64,000 nucleotides of DNA from the NCBI GenBank assembly GCA_963708045.1, contig OY970181.1:515740-579739 (forward strand). The letters run 5' to 3'. The stretch is from an uncultured bacterium (GTDB taxonomy: Bacteria > Patescibacteriota > Patescibacteriia > CAIQCM01). A program made the position numbers and the translations under genes. This document shows, piece after piece, positions 59,795 to 64,000 of the stretch. The notes below the pieces were generated by a model. That model was not told the DNA's origin. It did no database searches and was given only the letters and a program-made list of their open reading frames with translations. Each line of letters begins with the position of its first letter. Positions within the stretch are counted from its first letter, which is position 1.

Positions 59795-60523
59795 ATGCCT
59801 TATTCAATACCTAATTTAGTGGAAATGCTTTCCTCGGGAATGCATTTTGGCCACCGCTCTTCGCGTTGGCACCCCAAGATGCAGCCGTACATCTTTGCCG
59901 AAAGAAATGGCGTTCACGTCATTAATTTGGAAAAGACGGCCGAGCTTCTTTCGGTAGCGCTTGGATACATTCGCGACATTGTCGCGGCCGGCGGCACAAT
60001 TCTTATCGTCGGAACCAAGGAACAAGCGCAAGCGATTACCGAACGCGTGGGCAAGGAAACGGGAATGCCGTACGTTCATTTGCGCTGGCTTGGCGGAACG
60101 CTTACGAACTTCCGAATGCTTAAAGAAAATTTACTAAGCCGCTACCTTGATCTTAAGAGCAAGCGCGACAAAGGCGAACTTGGTAAGTACACCAAAAAGG
60201 AACAGCTTGAATTTGCAAAGCAAATTGAAGAACACGACGTTAAGATCGGTGGCTTTGCCAATCTTACCAAGCTTCCAGAAGCGGTTTTCATTATTGATCT
60301 TAAAACCGAAGTCACGGCTTTTGCCGAAGCCTTAGAAACAAAAACGCCAATTGTCGCCATTTGCGACACCAATGTTAACCCAGACGGCGTTTCCTACGTG
60401 ATTCCAGCAAATGACGACGCGGTCAAGTCTATTGATCTTATAATGACGCTTGTTGCCGAGGCAGTTAAAGAAGGCAAAAAACTCTACGCCGACCGGCCGA
60501 TTATGCCGCCCTCGGCCAAATAA
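59795..60523 (+). CDS. rpsB: 30S ribosomal protein S2
   Basis: GMHFGH..WHPKM, VGTK, RWLGGTLTNF, DTNVNPD, IPANDDA. Confidence 0.98.
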   Translation: MPYSIPNLVEMLSSGMHFGHRSSRWHPKMQPYIFAERNGVHVINLEKTAELLSVALGYIRDIVAAGGTILIVGTKEQAQAITERVGKETGMPYVHLRWLGGTLTNFRMLKENLLSRYLDLKSKRDKGELGKYTKKEQLEFAKQIEEHDVKIGGFANLTKLPEAVFIIDLKTEVTAFAEALETKTPIVAICDTNVNPDGVSYVIPANDDAVKSIDLIMTLVAEAVKEGKKLYADRPIMPPSAK

Positions 60524-60550
60524 TCATTTAATTTCTAAACCATAAATTTT

Positions 60551-61168
60551 ATGTCGTTAGATCTTTCTGTCATCACCAAAATTCGCGAAGCAACTGGCGC
60601 TGGTATTGTTGATGTAAAAAAAGCTCTTGAAGAAGCCAACGGCAAAGCCGACGCGGCCATAGAAATTCTTCGCAAAAAAGGCGCGATTAAGGCGGCTAAA
60701 AAATCGGCCGAACGCGTAACTCGCGAGGGGATTATTGAATGCTATAACCATGCCGGCGGCAAAGTCGGCGTGATGGTTGAATTGCTTTCGGAAACCGATT
60801 TTGTCGCGCGCAACGAAGAATTTAGACAATTGGCTCATGACCTCGCGCTTCATATTGCCGCGGCTGACCCAATTTATCTTTCATCCGAAAATATCGCGCC
60901 CGAAGTGATTGAAAAAGAAAAAGAAATGGCCTCGGAAGAATTTGCCGGCTCGGGAAAACCCGCGAGCGTGATTGAAAAAATCGTTGAAGGCAAGCTTGGC
61001 AAGTGGTACTCCGAAACCTGTCTTATGTCGCAAGCGTTTGTCAAAGATGAAGACATGACGATCAAGGATCTCATTAACAACGTTTCGGCAAAAGTGGGGG
61101 AGAAGATTGAGGTCAAACGCTTCTGTCGTTTTGCCATCGGCAACACGAGCGCGACTTTGGTTGGTTAG
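60551..61168 (+). CDS. tsf: elongation factor Ts (short form)
   Basis: IREATGAGIVDVKKAL, ETDFVAR, KIVEGKL, GEKIEVKRF. Confidence 0.97.
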   Translation: MSLDLSVITKIREATGAGIVDVKKALEEANGKADAAIEILRKKGAIKAAKKSAERVTREGIIECYNHAGGKVGVMVELLSETDFVARNEEFRQLAHDLALHIAAADPIYLSSENIAPEVIEKEKEMASEEFAGSGKPASVIEKIVEGKLGKWYSETCLMSQAFVKDEDMTIKDLINNVSAKVGEKIEVKRFCRFAIGNTSATLVG

Positions 61169-61231
61169 ACAATACTCATACTTTATTAACAAAAACCGTT
61201 CCGTTTGGGGCGGTTTTTGTGATATACTCCG

Positions 61232-61309
61232 AATGGACAATGAACCATGAACCATGAACCATGAACCATTGACTAGTCATTGGTGCGTGGTGTGTGGTAC
61301 GTGGTTCAT
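61232..61309. repeat. inverted heptamer arrays with GACTAGTCATTGG core, in the gap 5' region
   Basis: (ATGAACC)x4 ... GGTGCGT GGTGTGT GGTACGT GGTTCAT, downstream of a TGATATACT -10 element. Confidence 0.85.
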
Positions 61310-61329
61310 AAATTTAACCCTAAAACAAT

Positions 61330-62340
61330 ATGATCAAAGTAGGAATCAATGGTTTTGGCCGCATTGGCCGCAATGCTTTTAAAGTCGCCTGGGACGGCGG
61401 CAAAATTGAAGTCGTTGCCATAAACGACCTCACCGACCCCTCTATTCTCGCGCATTTGTTAAAACACGATTCGGTTTATCGCAATTGGAATCACGAGGTT
61501 AAATCGGACAAAACCAATTTAATCGTGGACGGAAAAAAGATTCCGGTTTCCGCCGAAAAAGAACCGGCCAAATTGCCATGGGGAAAGTATGGAGTTGAAG
61601 TAGTAATTGAATCAACTGGTCGTTTTACAAAAATAGAAACCGCGTCGGAACATCTTAAAGCTGGCGCCAAAAAAGTGGTTGTTTCCGCGCCCGCCAAAGG
61701 CGTGCCGACTTATCTTATCGGTGTGAACGCAAATAAGATGAAGAAAACGGATTTGGTCGTGAACAATGCTTCTTGCACGACCAACTGCATTGCGCCGCCA
61801 GCGGCTGTTATTGAAAAAGTTTTTGGCATTAAAAAGGCGATGATGACAACAGTGCACTCGGTCACGGCCGAACAAAATTTGGTTGACGGTCTGCCGCCTT
61901 CTGGTCACCCTGATTTGCGTCGCGCGCGTTCGGGGCTTATTAATATGATTCCAACGACAACCGGCGCGGCGATCGCGACCGCCGAGGTGATTCCGTCGCT
62001 CGTCGGAAAATTTGATGGAATGGCAATTCGCGTGCCAACGCTTGATGTATCGCTTGCCGATTTTACTTTCTTGCTTAAAAAGAAAACGACAGTGGAAGAA
62101 GTTAACAACGCTTTCCGCGCCGCGGCAAAGAGCAAAGAAATGAAAGGCGTGCTGGGCGTAACCGACGAGCCGCTCGTTTCCGCAGATTTTGTCGGCAGCA
62201 CTTTTTCCTGCATTGTTGATTTGCCGATGACAAAAATCGTTGATGGTGATTTGTTAAAAGTTTTGGCATGGTACGACAACGAATGGGGATACTCCTGCCG
62301 CTTGCTTGAGATTGTTGAAATGGCGGGGAAGTTAAAGTAA
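61330..62340 (+). CDS. gap: type I glyceraldehyde-3-phosphate dehydrogenase
   Basis: GINGFGRIGR, NASCTTNC, PTTTGAA, WYDNEWGYS. Confidence 0.98.
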   Translation: MIKVGINGFGRIGRNAFKVAWDGGKIEVVAINDLTDPSILAHLLKHDSVYRNWNHEVKSDKTNLIVDGKKIPVSAEKEPAKLPWGKYGVEVVIESTGRFTKIETASEHLKAGAKKVVVSAPAKGVPTYLIGVNANKMKKTDLVVNNASCTTNCIAPPAAVIEKVFGIKKAMMTTVHSVTAEQNLVDGLPPSGHPDLRRARSGLINMIPTTTGAAIATAEVIPSLVGKFDGMAIRVPTLDVSLADFTFLLKKKTTVEEVNNAFRAAAKSKEMKGVLGVTDEPLVSADFVGSTFSCIVDLPMTKIVDGDLLKVLAWYDNEWGYSCRLLEIVEMAGKLK

Positions 62341-62393
62341 ATTTTTTTATAAATTAAAACGACCGGCGGCACCCTCGTTGGGTTGCGCGCCGG

Positions 62394-62624
62394 TCAGTTG
62401 GTTGTCACCTTTGGTGGTTCATCGGGTTGCTTGCGGTGTCTGCTCTCGTCTTCTTCTGGGCAGATAACGATTGACTCTATGTTTGTTTGGAGAAGCCACT
62501 TTCTGTACGTGTGGGCAAAACCAAGTAACGCCGAAGCTGAGTCTTGATACTTGCCGATTTTGAGCACAATCGGCAAGTCGCTTGCTCCGCCATTGATTTT
62601 GACGATGGCGATGTAGTTTTTCAT
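62394..62624 (-). CDS. hypothetical protein
   Basis: 76 aa, ATGA overlap with the upstream ORF. Confidence 0.5.
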   Translation of the reverse strand: MKNYIAIVKINGGASDLPIVLKIGKYQDSASALLGFAHTYRKWLLQTNIESIVICPEEDESRHRKQPDEPPKVTTN

Positions 62625-62941
62625 CGCTTCTTCTTGCTGTGGTTGCTCCTGCGCGGCCGAGCGCCTTGCGTTGCCGTAGCGATCAGTTTGTAGAAGATCA
62701 TCAGATTGGTGTCTTGGAGTCTAATGATACGACACTTCCGTCTCGGCGCGGACGCTGCGAGGTTGACCAAGCAGAAGAAATCGTTAAAACCCCTCGCCTT
62801 GAATTCGGTTACTTCGTTGCCGTCGCAAGACGCTGCGAAACCTTGCGCGTCAAAAATGAAGTACGTGCAGGTGCTAGGGAAAAAGGCAAAACGCGCGCCC
62901 TTTCCAATCCTAAGCGGTTCGCCAGTTCTTCGGTATAGCAT
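62621..62941 (-). CDS. hypothetical protein
   Basis: ATG 62941 with GAGGAG SD, 2 nt after the previous stop. Confidence 0.55.
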   Translation of the reverse strand: MLYRRTGEPLRIGKGARFAFFPSTCTYFIFDAQGFAASCDGNEVTEFKARGFNDFFCLVNLAASAPRRKCRIIRLQDTNLMIFYKLIATATQGARPRRSNHSKKKR

Positions 62942-62943
62942 CG

Positions 62944-63246
62944 TTATCTCCTCGTTCGTTGTCTGGGTGGGCGTGGCAGAGGTACGAATACAAGACTCAA
63001 GGTTTCGTTTTTGTTGTAGACCTCCCTGATCCGACATCCGGCCATAGCGGCTAGAAAATCGGCAAACGCGCGCACAGTTTGTTCGTCTTCAATTCTGGGA
63101 ATCCTTGATCGTTGAACGCCATCAACACGGTAAAGCGCGCTACCAACGCGATTTGAGATATCAATCTCGTGCAAAGATTTATTCCAAACGATATATGTGC
63201 CTGAGCTGAACCTGAAGCGTTTTCCGTTATCGGTGTAAATCATCAC
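62944..63246 (-). CDS. hypothetical protein
   Basis: GAAGGGA SD; first of three coupled small ORFs. Confidence 0.55.
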   Translation of the reverse strand: MMIYTDNGKRFRFSSGTYIVWNKSLHEIDISNRVGSALYRVDGVQRSRIPRIEDEQTVRAFADFLAAMAGCRIREVYNKNETLSLVFVPLPRPPRQRTRR

Positions 63247-63338
63247 ATTCCCTTCTGTTCGTTGTCATCGGCCGAAGCGGCCGTTTTAAATGTTCGCCGG
63301 ACAAACAAAAACCATTCGCGCTTGCGAATGGTTTTTGT

Positions 63339-64000
63339 TTATTCAGCGACCGGAACGCGCACTGGACGGGCGGTGCTTAAATATACTTCCATTGTTCGGT
63401 TGACGATTTTATCCCAAGAATATTTATCCTGAATTTGCGGCGCAAAATTTTTAGCCGCATTTTTTATTTCGTCAATTTGTCCGATCGCGCCCTCAAGTGC
63501 GCGCGTCAGGTCGTAAGAATTTTTTACTTCAAAATAATTTCCTTCGTCGCCCAAAATTTCGCGGTGCGCAGAAATGGACGAAGCAATGACTGGCGTGCCG
63601 GTGCCAGCCGCTTCCAAAACAACGATCGGCATGCCTTCGGTTTCCGAAGGTTGAATGAGTGCCGTCGCGTGGCGAAAGAGTGCCGCAAGGGGATTACCGA
63701 CTTGATTGCCGACAAATTTTACGGGCAGTCCTTTGGCAAGCGTGGTTAGTTCTTTAAGATACGAATCGGAATAATAACCTTCGCCGACAATCACGAGCGG
63801 ATATTCGTTTCGCGTGGCTTCGGGAAGATTGCGATAGGCGATAAGCAAAGTGTGCAGACCCTTAAGCCGAATAATGCGGCCGACGAAAAGCAAAAACTTG
63901 CCTGGGTGAAGATTCCATTCGTTAAGAAACGATGGCGAAGTTTCGGGCATCGTTGTAACGCCGTTTGGGATTAACGCCGTGTCAGTTTCGTACGCTTCGG
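63339..64000 (-). CDS. glycosyltransferase family 4 (5'-truncated by window)
   Basis: IPNGV upstream in frame, FVGRIIRLKG, PSETEGMPIVVLEA, YSWDKIV. Confidence 0.92.
   Translation of the reverse strand, partial: EAYETDTALIPNGVTTMPETSPSFLNEWNLHPGKFLLFVGRIIRLKGLHTLLIAYRNLPEATRNEYPLVIVGEGYYSDSYLKELTTLAKGLPVKFVGNQVGNPLAALFRHATALIQPSETEGMPIVVLEAAGTGTPVIASSISAHREILGDEGNYFEVKNSYDLTRALEGAIGQIDEIKNAAKNFAPQIQDKYSWDKIVNRTMEVYLSTARPVRVPVAE

Overview
Bacterial chromosomal window using genetic code 11, most consistent with a Patescibacteria (CPR/Parcubacteria-like) genome. This is inferred from gene content, the scarcity of SD sites, and CPR-type pilin and surface proteins. It is mostly housekeeping genes: radA, PMM/PGM, murI, rseP, pheS/pheT, ahpC, dnaE, thrS, miaA, gatB, dut, secE-nusG-rplK...rplA, gyrB, rodA, rplY, rpmE-prfA-prmC, rpsB-tsf and gap. 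No rRNA, tRNA, CRISPR array or transposase was recognised. Main points of interest: (1) an ECF sigma factor coupled to a membrane-anchored, thioester-less alpha-2-macroglobulin that has a 130-aa Hint (intein-like) domain in its bait region, followed by an exported MEMO1-family gene; (2) a dispersed set of 7-nt-period tandem repeats, often in inverted pairs with conserved cores, which also enter coding sequences; (3) a dockerin-cohesin-membrane protein-response regulator-PAS kinase operon; (4) an unexplained structured RNA-like element between prfA and prmC; (5) an unannotated 30-aa Lys/Arg-rich ORF; (6) the rplK-rplA pair split by HD/NUDIX genes, with rplA carrying its own promoter and L1 site. 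All family assignments come from motif recognition by eye, not database searches.
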